A DNA stretch of 64,000 nucleotides from contig JAJDVG010000005.1 in assembly GCA_022826245.1 (NCBI GenBank), positions 10,837-74,836 on the forward strand. The letters are read 5' to 3'. The notes under the pieces are model-generated. The model was not told where the DNA came from. It searched no databases and was given only the letters and a program-made list of their open reading frames with translations. The position numbers and the translations under genes were made by a program. Below are positions 8,563 through 17,004 of this stretch, one piece after another. Each line of letters starts with the position of its first letter. Positions within the stretch are counted from its first letter, which is position 1. Source of the DNA: Gammaproteobacteria bacterium (GTDB lineage: Bacteria > Pseudomonadota > Gammaproteobacteria > Steroidobacterales > Rariloculaceae).

Positions 8563-10731
8563 TTACCAATTGAGGCGAAGCTGTGCGAAAGCGTTCATGC
8601 CGGGTCCGGGCAGGCGGGCGCCGAAGGGCACATCGGAATCGGCCACACGGTTGAAGCCCGCCAGGTGATTCGTGTAGTGCCTGTCGAGCACGTTTTCGAT
8701 TCCGACCCGAACCTGGACGCGATGGCCGGCTTCCCATTGACCGTAAAGGTTCAAAAGGCCGTAACCCGGTGTCGATGCGTTGCTCGAACGCGTTTCACCG
8801 TGGACGATCGTCGCTGAAATACGGTCCTGTTCCGCGACGAGTACGGCCTCCGTCGTCAGGGACCAGCGGCCGCGTTCCGTCGTCAGTGCGACGCGCGCAT
8901 TGAGCGGCGCGATGCGATACAGATCGTCGTCGATGTCAGCGCGCTTGCCGCGCACGTAGCTCAGGGTCGCATCGAGGCGCAGCCGCTCGGAGACGCTGTA
9001 ACGCGCGACGACATCGAAGCCGTAGAGTTCAGCCTCGACGTTCGCGAATTGCAGGGGCGTCGGATCGCCGTTCGCGTTGCCGCTCACCGCAATGACTACA
9101 GGGTCGACAACTGCGACGCCCTGAATGTAGTCATCCACGGACCGATAGAACATCCTGGGCGCCAGGAACCCCCTGTCGAACGTCCAGTCCAGGCTCAACT
9201 CGAACTGGTCGGAGACCTCCGGAGCCAGATCGACATTGCCGACGTAGTTGTTGAGGTCCCCGAGCCCTGAATTGATCTCGAGCGGAATCCAGAGATAGCG
9301 CTCCACGTACATCGGCGATCGGGTCTTGCGGGCGTAGCCGATGCCGAACATGAGCGCGTCGCCGATCGCCCTATCGAACTTGAGCACGGCATCGATGTTG
9401 TCGTCCCTTACCCTGCGTTCGGCCGCGTTGAATCGGTCCCTGAGAACCTTTACGGCGGACGGTGGCGTGCCGCGCGGGAACGCGCCGGGATGCATGTCGG
9501 CAAGCCGCGCCGGGAACGCGTCGATCGCGCCGGAAGAGGATTCGACCTGCATGTAGCGCACGCCGGCCTCCATGGACCAGAGGGCTCCGAGGTTGCCGAA
9601 CCATTCCGTGAACGCTCCAAGCTGATCCTGTTCGGAGTCGTTGAAGTTGTTGACGAAGAATGGGGCGAAGTCGGGATCGAGCACTTCGGCGGTATGCGTC
9701 TCGAGGTTGCCGTCGAGCCCGAAAGCGACCTGGCCGCTCCAGAGCGCTCGCGACCCGGACACGACGAAACCGGTCGCATCGGCAACGACATCGACGAAAC
9801 GCCGCTCCTCGTCCGCGAAAGGCGGCAGGGGAAGTTGCGATAAATCAGGCGCGTCGCGCAGCAGGAAGTTGTTCATGCCGTGCCGCACGTCCGTTCGGAA
9901 CACTCGGGCGGAGATGTCGGTGTCCCCGATGCGTATCCGGAACTCGGCGTTCACGCGGTCCGTGTCGAAGAAGTCGATGTCCAGCGGCAGTGCCGGGGTC
10001 CCGGAGGGATCGGTATCCGTATGCGACAGGTCGATCCCGAACTCGCCGTTCCGCCACCTGAAGCCGTAGCCTGCGCCGTAGGTCTGGCGGCCGTATTCGG
10101 TCGCGCTGACGGTTCCGGAGCCGGATTCGATCGCGTCGCCCTCCTCGCTGCTGGCGATGACATGGAAGCGGTGTTCAGAGTTCGAGACACCGAGAAAGGC
10201 GGCGACGGCGCTGCCGTCGTTGCTCATCGCCGAGAGCGCGGCGTCGCCCGCAAGTTCGAAATCGCGCGCGGCGACGAACTCGCTGTGCCGGGATTCCGCC
10301 TGAATCAGCCCGCCGATGCCGGGCCCGGCGCTGACCGGAGCAATGCCGCGGGTCATGGTGACGCGGTCGGTCAATGCGGCCGGCATGTAGTGCAGCGGCG
10401 CATCCATCCAGTTGGGTCCGCCTGGGGTGACGCGCATGCCGTCGACCGTGACGGTCATTCTCGGGCCGAACAGGCCGCGGTATTGAGCCTGGCCGCTCAA
10501 CGCGCCGTTGCGGTTGACGCTCGCCCCGGGCATCCGCGTCAGGATCTCCATGGCATCGGGCACCGGCGCGGCACTCGTGCCCGGGGTGATGTCGATGGTC
10601 TCGACCCGATCGGCAGAGCCGATAACGACGATCTCGGGGACGAGTGAGCGCGTCGGCGGCGCATTGTCCTGAGCATGTGCGGCCAGCGCGCCCGCCACGA
10701 GTCCGCACATCGATACAAAACGCATGTACAT
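8563..10731 (-). CDS. TonB-dependent outer-membrane receptor (possibly copper/metal type)
   Basis: ATG preceded by AAGGAG, signal peptide ending AHAQD, plug-domain motifs (PGASVNRNGALSGQAQYRGL), long beta-barrel region, and C-terminal aromatic residue (...AQLRLNW). Confidence 0.85.
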   Translation of the reverse strand: MYMRFVSMCGLVAGALAAHAQDNAPPTRSLVPEIVVIGSADRVETIDITPGTSAAPVPDAMEILTRMPGASVNRNGALSGQAQYRGLFGPRMTVTVDGMRVTPGGPNWMDAPLHYMPAALTDRVTMTRGIAPVSAGPGIGGLIQAESRHSEFVAARDFELAGDAALSAMSNDGSAVAAFLGVSNSEHRFHVIASSEEGDAIESGSGTVSATEYGRQTYGAGYGFRWRNGEFGIDLSHTDTDPSGTPALPLDIDFFDTDRVNAEFRIRIGDTDISARVFRTDVRHGMNNFLLRDAPDLSQLPLPPFADEERRFVDVVADATGFVVSGSRALWSGQVAFGLDGNLETHTAEVLDPDFAPFFVNNFNDSEQDQLGAFTEWFGNLGALWSMEAGVRYMQVESSSGAIDAFPARLADMHPGAFPRGTPPSAVKVLRDRFNAAERRVRDDNIDAVLKFDRAIGDALMFGIGYARKTRSPMYVERYLWIPLEINSGLGDLNNYVGNVDLAPEVSDQFELSLDWTFDRGFLAPRMFYRSVDDYIQGVAVVDPVVIAVSGNANGDPTPLQFANVEAELYGFDVVARYSVSERLRLDATLSYVRGKRADIDDDLYRIAPLNARVALTTERGRWSLTTEAVLVAEQDRISATIVHGETRSSNASTPGYGLLNLYGQWEAGHRVQVRVGIENVLDRHYTNHLAGFNRVADSDVPFGARLPGPGMNAFAQLRLNW

Positions 10732-10810
10732 TGCAGAAGCTCCTTGATCGAGAGCAATGCAGGGATTGCAGCCGGCCGAAGTCGAGCTTCGAATGCGGCT
10801 GTGGAAACGG

Positions 10811-11215
10811 TCAGATCAAGGATGGGTGGGGAGGAGCCCTGGAGTTGAACCCGATGGCGATCCAGGCGAGCGAAACGGGCGTGTAGAGCGTGAAGTCCGG
10901 GCCTGTGTCCGGAAACGGAACCTGCAATCCGGAATCGCCGTCAATGGCGGCGATGGAAAGCAGGACGCCGAAGGAACAGTGTTCCCATGCCAGTTCGTGA
11001 TTGCCGTCGGGGTCGTGGTGATCGTGATGGTCGTCGTGACCGGATTCCGGCGACAAGGGACCTTGCGGGAAGCCGGAGCTGCAGACCTGTATCGGCCAGC
11101 CTTCGCCCAGGGAAGCCGGCATGTAGCCTGCCGGAATGAGCAGCCTGCACACCAGCGCCGCATACGCGAAAAGCAGCAGCGGTCGCCGTAGCTCTTTGAG
11201 CGATCGAAGGCCCAT
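10811..11215 (-). CDS. small His-rich envelope protein, DUF2946-like (tentative)
   Basis: 134 aa with an N-terminal hydrophobic segment, HDDHHDHHD tract and WEHCSFG motif followed by a hydrophobic stretch. It sits immediately upstream of a TonB-dependent receptor, as DUF2946 genes do. Family assignment is from memory of the motif, not from a search. Confidence 0.4.
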   Translation of the reverse strand: MGLRSLKELRRPLLLFAYAALVCRLLIPAGYMPASLGEGWPIQVCSSGFPQGPLSPESGHDDHHDHHDPDGNHELAWEHCSFGVLLSIAAIDGDSGLQVPFPDTGPDFTLYTPVSLAWIAIGFNSRAPPHPSLI

Positions 11216-11248
11216 GGGCGGATTATTTTAGGTCTTTGGGCCGCATTT

Positions 11249-11267
11249 GCAAATCATTCTCATTACC
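11249..11267. promoter_or_regulatory. Fur-family-like box (GCAAATCATTCTCATTACC) upstream of the 10811..11215 gene
   Basis: 13 of 19 positions match the classical Fur box GATAATGATAATCATTATC. It lies 34 nt upstream of the start codon at 11215 and downstream of the preceding receptor gene. Confidence 0.3.
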
Positions 11268-11281
11268 GTTTGGCACGTCCG

Positions 11282-11307
11282 CGTGCCCATGCAGTCGCAT
11301 GGGCACG
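11282..11307 (-). terminator. perfect 11-bp stem / 4-nt loop hairpin after the receptor stop codon
   Basis: CGTGCCCATGC-agtc-GCATGGGCACG lies 12 nt downstream of the stop at 11319-11321. There is no U-tract, so it may be an attenuating or processing hairpin rather than a canonical intrinsic terminator. Confidence 0.35.
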
Positions 11308-11318
11308 CCGTCCCCCGC

Positions 11319-13862
11319 TCAGAAGTGCGAGCGGAACCCCAGCGCAACGTTGCGGCCCGGCAGAGGCACCGTGTCCTTCACGAACGAGGTGTGCCTGCGC
11401 GCATCCTCGTCGGCGAGGTTGTGCCCGTGCACGAAGACCTCGAACGTCGTTCCACCCGGAGTCTCGACGGTCCAGGTGAAGTCCGCATTGACCATCGTGT
11501 AACCCTCCGTACGCGTTTCGATCGCTGCGATGTCGTCCTGGTCGTCATAGACCGTTACCTCGAAACCCGCGAGGAAACGGTCGTTGTGGAACTGGATCCG
11601 CGAGCCGTAACGCAATGGCGGCATTCTCGGCAGGTGTTCCCCGTTGCTGAGCTCGCCGTTGACGTAGTCGGCAAAAAGACGCAGATCGACCTCTGCGCCG
11701 CCGCGTTGGAAGATGGGCGTGAAAAACTCGGCCTCGATCCCGGTGAAGTCCGCGTCCCGCTGCACAAAGTTGTAAATCGGCAATTCGCCGTCCAACTCGC
11801 CGGAGTCCTCAAGGTAGATGAAGTCCGTGTAGTCGGTCTGAAATGCGGTGAGGCTCCAGTTCATGTCGCCTTGCGTTCCGCGAATCCCGATATCCATATG
11901 CCGGGACGTTTCCACGCCGATGTCCGGATCGCCGATCTCGACCGATTGGGTCGCCAGGTGCGGTCCGTCCGCATAGAGTTCCTCGGCCACCGGCAAGCGG
12001 TCCGCGAGCGCCGCATTCAGCACGAAAGAGAAGCCGTCGCCGAAGTCGCGGATTCCCGCGACCGACAGGTTCGTCGCGGTGTCGCTGATTTCCGGCAGGC
12101 CTTGGGAAGGCTCCTGTTTCTGGTAATCGAGACGGCCTCCCAGCGAAACATTCCAGTTGTCGAAGTCCCGCTGCTCAATGATGAAGGCGCCGTAGCTCGA
12201 CGTGTCGACCGGCGGCACGAAAGCCTCGGCCCCGACCGCTGAGAACTGCCGCTCGTTGAGCTGCACGCCGTAAGCGCCGTCCCAGGCGCCCCAGGGCGCA
12301 TGCATGAACTCGATCCGCCCTTCCCAGGACTCGTTATCGAAGCGGGTACCGATTTGATCGCCTTCCAGTTCCAGGTGCTCGTAATCGGTAAAACCGAACC
12401 TGAGATTGATCGCCTCCACTGGACCTGACAGGTCGAACCAGCCGGCCTTGAGGTCCACCCGCATCTGCTTGAGCTTGATGCGCACGGCCTCTTCCTCGGC
12501 CCCGTGCTCGTCATGGTCGTGATCGTGGTCGTCCTCATCCTCGTCGTGGTCGTGGTCGTCCTCATCTTCGTCGTGATCGTGGTCGTCCTCGTCCTCGTCG
12601 TGGTCGTGGTCGTCCTCATCCTCGTCGTGGTCGTGGTCGTCCTCATCCTCGTCGTGGTCGTGGTCGTCCTCATCCTCGTCGTGGTCGTCCTCGTCGTGGT
12701 CGTCCTCGTCGTGATCGTCCTCGTCGTGATCGTCTTCGTCGTGATCGTCTTCGTCGTGATCGTCTTCGTCGTGGTCGTCCTCGTCGTGGTCGTCCTCGTC
12801 GTGGTCGTCCTCGTCGTGATCGTCTTCGTCGTGGTCGTCTTCGTCGTGGTCGTCTTCGTCGTGGTCGTCTTCGTCGTGGTCGTCCTCGTCGTGATCGTCC
12901 TCGTCGTGGTCGTCTTCGTCGTGGTCGTGGTCGTCCTCGTCGTCGTGATCGTGGTCGTGTTCGTCGCCTACCATCACTTCCGCGTGGTGATGATGATGGC
13001 CGGGAATGCCGTAGTTCGTATCGAAGCCACTCACCGAGACACCGATGAAACCGTTGCCCCCGAGCCAACTGCCGCCGATCGAGTACGCCTCGCCGTCGAG
13101 CGAGCTGTTCTCGAGGATCTGACGCACCGTCAGTTCACCGTCGTCCTCGTGGTCGTCTTCGTGTTCATGGTCGTCGTGGTCGTCCTCCTCTCCTATCCCA
13201 AGGTCCGCGGGACCCGGAATCTCGTAGTCTTCCGACCTGCGGCTCACCGCATCGAAGTGCCAGGCGAAATTGTCGTTGCCGCCGTCGAGCGCGATCAGGC
13301 CGCTGCGGGAGTCCGCGACGGAATCGCCCTTCAGCTCGAATATGCCCTCGAACCCGTCGTCCGGAGCAAACGCGGGGATACGATTGGTGATGACGTTGAC
13401 GACTCCGCCAACCGCAGCGGTACCGTAAAGCAGACTCGTCGGCCCCCGGAAAATCTCTATCTGTTCGGCCACGAGCGGATCGACGCTCACGGCATGGTCG
13501 ACGCTGATCGTCGAGACGTCCATGGTGTCCAGCCCATCTTCCATCGTCCGCACGCGTGGACCGGCCAGCCCGCGAATGATCGGCCGCGAAGTGCCCGCGG
13601 CGAAGGACGAAGCGCTTACGCCGAGCTGGTCGGCGAGCGTTTCGCCGAGTGTCGAACGGCGAACGCGCTCGAGCGCCTGCTCTCGAATGACCGTGATCGA
13701 CTGGGCCAGCTCGTCGGCGGATCGCTCGCGCAGCACGCCCGTGACATGCACCTCCTCCAACGGGTGGACGGTATCGGCCTGTTCGTCCTGCGCCGCAACG
13801 ACACAGGGAAAAACCAGTGAAACAGCCTTCACCAGCATTCGAAAGCACTTGGAAGATCCCAT
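11319..13862 (-). CDS. TonB-dependent receptor with giant His/Asp/Glu repeat loop (ZnuD-like metal receptor)
   Basis: ORF 11319..13931 trimmed to Met24 (signal peptide MGSSKCFRMLVKAVSLVFPCVVAAQDE). Plug motifs (RGPTSLLYGTAAVGGVVNVIT), barrel, and C-terminal ...GFRSHF. Two metal-ligand-rich insertions: EEDDHDDHEHEDDHEDD, and GIPGHHHHH followed by ~165 residues of H/D/E. Confidence 0.85.
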   Translation of the reverse strand: MGSSKCFRMLVKAVSLVFPCVVAAQDEQADTVHPLEEVHVTGVLRERSADELAQSITVIREQALERVRRSTLGETLADQLGVSASSFAAGTSRPIIRGLAGPRVRTMEDGLDTMDVSTISVDHAVSVDPLVAEQIEIFRGPTSLLYGTAAVGGVVNVITNRIPAFAPDDGFEGIFELKGDSVADSRSGLIALDGGNDNFAWHFDAVSRRSEDYEIPGPADLGIGEEDDHDDHEHEDDHEDDGELTVRQILENSSLDGEAYSIGGSWLGGNGFIGVSVSGFDTNYGIPGHHHHHAEVMVGDEHDHDHDDEDDHDHDEDDHDEDDHDEDDHDEDDHDEDDHDEDDHDEDDHDEDDHDEDDHDEDDHDEDDHDEDDHDEDDHDEDDHDEDDHDEDDHDEDEDDHDHDEDEDDHDHDEDEDDHDHDEDEDDHDHDEDEDDHDHDEDEDDHDHDHDEHGAEEEAVRIKLKQMRVDLKAGWFDLSGPVEAINLRFGFTDYEHLELEGDQIGTRFDNESWEGRIEFMHAPWGAWDGAYGVQLNERQFSAVGAEAFVPPVDTSSYGAFIIEQRDFDNWNVSLGGRLDYQKQEPSQGLPEISDTATNLSVAGIRDFGDGFSFVLNAALADRLPVAEELYADGPHLATQSVEIGDPDIGVETSRHMDIGIRGTQGDMNWSLTAFQTDYTDFIYLEDSGELDGELPIYNFVQRDADFTGIEAEFFTPIFQRGGAEVDLRLFADYVNGELSNGEHLPRMPPLRYGSRIQFHNDRFLAGFEVTVYDDQDDIAAIETRTEGYTMVNADFTWTVETPGGTTFEVFVHGHNLADEDARRHTSFVKDTVPLPGRNVALGFRSHF
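12504..12998 (-). repeat. in-frame coding tandem repeats: 6 x 27 nt (12519-12680) plus 16 x 15 nt (12676-12915) encoding (DEDEDDHDH)6 and (EDDHD)16
   Basis: Units were counted directly in the sequence. The 15-nt units vary only at two positions, both synonymous third-codon positions (GAC/GAT and GAG/GAA). Confidence 0.9.
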
Positions 13863-13937
13863 GGACTGCTCCGGTAACTCATACGACGAAAACCCGGGGA
13901 CAGGACATCGCCTGGCTCCCGGGAGACACAACGAGTT

Positions 13938-14228
13938 TCAGGAAGCGGTCGGTGGGGCGCGTGCGGGATGGGATTTGGGGAAACCGTCCGGAGTTGCGCG
14001 GTCGTTGCCCGAATCGGGTACGCGGGCGGAAACCGTCAACGGAACAACGACCTTGACGGGGGCGACGTTGGCGCTGGCCAGACTGGCGCCCGCGATGCAG
14101 AACTCGCAGACGGTGTCCGGGGCGTGGCCCTCGTCAGCCAGATCGTGATTCAGAACGACCAACTGCGCGGCGCATAGAAGCACTGCGCACACCGTGGCGA
14201 CCAATGCGTCACGGTCGGGTCGAAACAT
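13938..14228 (-). CDS. small DUF2946-like protein with CxxC motif (leader gene of the receptor)
   Basis: ORF 13938..14282, with likely start at Met19 (GGGAG 10 nt upstream). Hydrophobic N-terminus ALVATVCAVLLCAAQLVVL, then HAPDTVCEFCIAGASL (CxxC followed by a hydrophobic stretch). It ends 6 nt before the receptor ORF region. Confidence 0.45.
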   Translation of the reverse strand: MFRPDRDALVATVCAVLLCAAQLVVLNHDLADEGHAPDTVCEFCIAGASLASANVAPVKVVVPLTVSARVPDSGNDRATPDGFPKSHPARAPPTAS

Positions 14229-14392
14229 CCTGAACCATCTCCCGTTCACACGCGGAGTATAGGCACAAGCCCGCAGCGTCACAATCCACGACCGGCCTGT
14301 TACGCCACTGTGAACCGGAATTGCTAACTGTCATAATCGGAGCGAACGTTCGATGCGGGCGGAACGACTCCGCTCCGATGTAAGGTGAACCC

Positions 14393-16756
14393 ATGCGTGC
14401 GTCCCGTCTCAGTTGCCTGATTTCCCTGTTGATCGCGGGCCACAGCAGTGCCCAGCAGGCGCCGGAAGTCGTCGAGGTCGTCGGTCAAACCCCGCTCGGC
14501 GCTGGTGTCGATGCGGACCGGGTCGCTGCCAACGTGCAGTCGGCAACGGCCGAGGAACTTCGCGAGCAGCGGGCGCTGGATCTTGCGGATTTCATGAAGC
14601 GGAACCTCGCGAGCGTATTCGTCAACGAAGCGCAGAACAATCCGCTGCAACCGGACGTCCAGTACCGTGGCTTCGTCGGCTCCCCGCTTCTCGGGCTGCC
14701 GCAGGGCATAGCCGTGTACCAGGACGGCGTGCGCATCAACGAGCCGTTCGGCGATACCGTCAACTGGGCGCTCATTCCCGATTCCGCCATCGAGACGGTC
14801 TACCTGATGCCGGGGTCCGACCCGCTGTTCGGCCTCAACGCACTCGGCGGTGCAATCGCCATCGAAACAAAGACCGGATTCTCGAGCCCCGGAACGCGGG
14901 CGCAAATACACGGAGGCTCTTTCGGGCGGCTCGGGCTGCAAGCGGAAACGGGCGGTTCGACCGACGATCGTTTCAGCTACTTTCTGACGGGCTCGTACCT
15001 CGAGGAAGACGGCTGGCGCAATTATTCGCCGACGGAAGCAACCCAGTTCTTCGGCAATCTCGGCTGGCAAACCGACGCCGCGAGTCTCGATCTGAACGTG
15101 ACGCTGGCCGACACGAACCTGATCGGCAACGGCGCGGCGCCGATCGAACTGCTCGAGGTCGACCGCGCAGCGATCTTCACGCGTCCCGATCAGACCGAAA
15201 ACGAGCTCGCGCTGGTCAATCTGATCGTCGAGCGCGAAGTCTCGAGCAGCCTGACCCTGACCGGCAACGTCTACGTGCGGCGCAGCGACATCGGCACCTA
15301 CAACGGCGATGACTCCGATTTCGAGGAGTGTGATTTCCATCACGGCTTTATCTGCGAGGAAGCCGAAGGCGACGACGATGACGACGACGAGGATGAGCAC
15401 GAGCACGAGCACGGGGACGGCGACGATGACGATGACGATCACGATCACGACGAAGACGACGACGAGCACGAGGAAGAAGTGGTCCTCGACGCCAACGGCA
15501 ATCCGATTCCCGAGAGCGATGCGGTCGAGGGCGCGACCGTAAACCGGACCAACACGCAGCAGGACGGCATGGGCTTCGGCCTGCAGGCCACCTGGACCGG
15601 CGAGTTCGGCGGTCGCGAGAATGTCTTCGTGCTCGGGCTCTCGCATGACGACAGCGACATCGATTTCGACGCGAGCACGGAACTGGGCCGACTCGACGCC
15701 ACGCGGCTTGCGGTTCCGAGCGGCGTTTTCGTTGGCGAATCGTTCACCCGGATCAACGCCGAGACATCGACGACGGGCGTCTACGTGTCGCACAACTTCC
15801 TGGTTTCGGAGACCGTCGCCGTGACGCTCTCGGGCCGCTACAACAACACAAGTGTCGTGTTGCGCGATCTGCTGGGCACGGCGCTCAACGGCGATCACAG
15901 CTTCGGCCGATTCAATCCGGCCGTGGGCGTAACGGCGAATCTGCGCGACGATATGACGTTCTACGCGAGCTACAGCGAATCGAATCGCGCGCCCTCCCCT
16001 GTCGAACTCACCTGCGCCGACGAGGACGATCCCTGCCGGCTGCCGAACGCGTTTCTGGCCGACCCGCCGCTCGAGCAGGTCGTTGCCAGCACGCTCGAGG
16101 CCGGTCTCAGGGGCGACTGGTCCGGCGGCGACTGGCATGCGGGCGTCTTCCGCACCACCAATGAGGACGACATCCTGTTCATCAGTGCCGGCGCGCTCAC
16201 GAATGAAGGCTTCTTCGACAACGTGGGCAGGACCCGGCGCGACGGCATCGAGGTCAACCTGAACGGTCGGGCCGGGAACAACATGACCTGGTTCCTGAAT
16301 TACACCTTGCTGGACGCCACCTTCCTCGAGACGCTCGCATTCCCGAGTCCGAACAATCCCGCGGCAATCGAGGGCGAAGTGATGGTTTCCCCGGGCGACC
16401 GCCTGCCGCTGATTCCCGGACAACTCCTCAAGGGCGGGTTCCGGGCCGCGATCGGCGATCGCCTGACGATCGGCGGCGGCATCGTCGCGGGCGGCGACTT
16501 CCACATGCGCGGCGATGAGGGCAACGATGTCGGGCGCATCGGCGAGTATGCGGTCCTCAACCTGCGCGGCGACTACCGTATCAGCGACAGTGTCCGCCTG
16601 TTTCTGAATGTCGACAACGTGCTCGACGAGGAATACGAGACCTTCGGCCTCTTCGGCGAAGCCGACGAGGTGCTCGGCGACGATTTCGAAGACAGCCGCT
16701 TCTTCTCGCCGGCCGCGCCGCGGGCCGCCTGGGTGGGCGTGGAAGTCGACTTCTAG
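14393..16756 (+). CDS. TonB-dependent receptor with acidic/His-rich insertion
   Basis: ATG preceded by AAGGTG. Signal peptide ...IAGHSSAQQ, plug motifs (NEAQNNPLQPDVQYRGF), and C-terminal ...VGVEVDF. Insertion 15356-15478 encodes EEAEGDDDDDDEDEHEHEHGDGDDDDDDHDHDEDDDEHEEE, preceded by CDFHHGFIC. Confidence 0.85.
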   Translation: MRASRLSCLISLLIAGHSSAQQAPEVVEVVGQTPLGAGVDADRVAANVQSATAEELREQRALDLADFMKRNLASVFVNEAQNNPLQPDVQYRGFVGSPLLGLPQGIAVYQDGVRINEPFGDTVNWALIPDSAIETVYLMPGSDPLFGLNALGGAIAIETKTGFSSPGTRAQIHGGSFGRLGLQAETGGSTDDRFSYFLTGSYLEEDGWRNYSPTEATQFFGNLGWQTDAASLDLNVTLADTNLIGNGAAPIELLEVDRAAIFTRPDQTENELALVNLIVEREVSSSLTLTGNVYVRRSDIGTYNGDDSDFEECDFHHGFICEEAEGDDDDDDEDEHEHEHGDGDDDDDDHDHDEDDDEHEEEVVLDANGNPIPESDAVEGATVNRTNTQQDGMGFGLQATWTGEFGGRENVFVLGLSHDDSDIDFDASTELGRLDATRLAVPSGVFVGESFTRINAETSTTGVYVSHNFLVSETVAVTLSGRYNNTSVVLRDLLGTALNGDHSFGRFNPAVGVTANLRDDMTFYASYSESNRAPSPVELTCADEDDPCRLPNAFLADPPLEQVVASTLEAGLRGDWSGGDWHAGVFRTTNEDDILFISAGALTNEGFFDNVGRTRRDGIEVNLNGRAGNNMTWFLNYTLLDATFLETLAFPSPNNPAAIEGEVMVSPGDRLPLIPGQLLKGGFRAAIGDRLTIGGGIVAGGDFHMRGDEGNDVGRIGEYAVLNLRGDYRISDSVRLFLNVDNVLDEEYETFGLFGEADEVLGDDFEDSRFFSPAAPRAAWVGVEVDF

Positions 16757-16804
16757 GCGCCTCCACCGCAGGCTCCTGATGCTCGAGCGGCGCAGTCCCG
16801 GTCG

Positions 16805-16819
16805 GCTTAACGGTTAAGC
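16805..16819. promoter_or_regulatory. 15-bp perfect palindrome GCTTAAC-G-GTTAAGC, followed by two further CTTAAC copies (to 16841)
   Basis: Seen directly, 49 nt after the receptor stop and about 185 nt upstream of the next gene. The 1-nt centre makes a hairpin unlikely, so a dimeric protein-binding site is the more natural reading. Confidence 0.3.
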
Positions 16820-16894
16820 AACGGTTCTTAACGCGCTTAACCTTGGTTTGCGGAGCGCACACCGATAGGCTCGCTAAAGACGGTCGCGCACCTC

Positions 16895-16923
16895 TTCACC
16901 CACATGTGTCCGGCCAGTATATT
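16895..16923 (+). promoter_or_regulatory. candidate sigma70 promoter TTCACC-N17-TATATT
   Basis: Hexamers with 17-nt spacing lie 82 nt upstream of the ATG at 17005. The palindrome CACATGTG sits in the spacer. Confidence 0.3.
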
Positions 16924-17004
16924 GGGCCGCGCCAGGAATGAAGCCGGGCAGCGCGACAAACGATCGCAAACCGTGCGTCTCGCACGAACTGAGGGAGCCT
17001 CGAA

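Noticed and set aside
12504-12998. Tandem repeats considered as a possible CRISPR array or non-coding satellite
   Set aside because: The units are contiguous with no spacers. The periods (15 and 27 nt) are multiples of three and in frame with the receptor CDS. All unit variation is synonymous.
12504-13820. 438-aa plus-strand ORF rich in Val/Ile/Leu, together with the Arg/Pro/Gly-rich minus-strand ORF 12670..13068
   Set aside because: Both are alternative-frame or antisense readings of the His/Asp/Glu coding repeat. Their extreme composition mirrors GTC/GTG/ATC triplets. The in-frame receptor reading has intact plug, barrel and C-terminal signatures on both sides.
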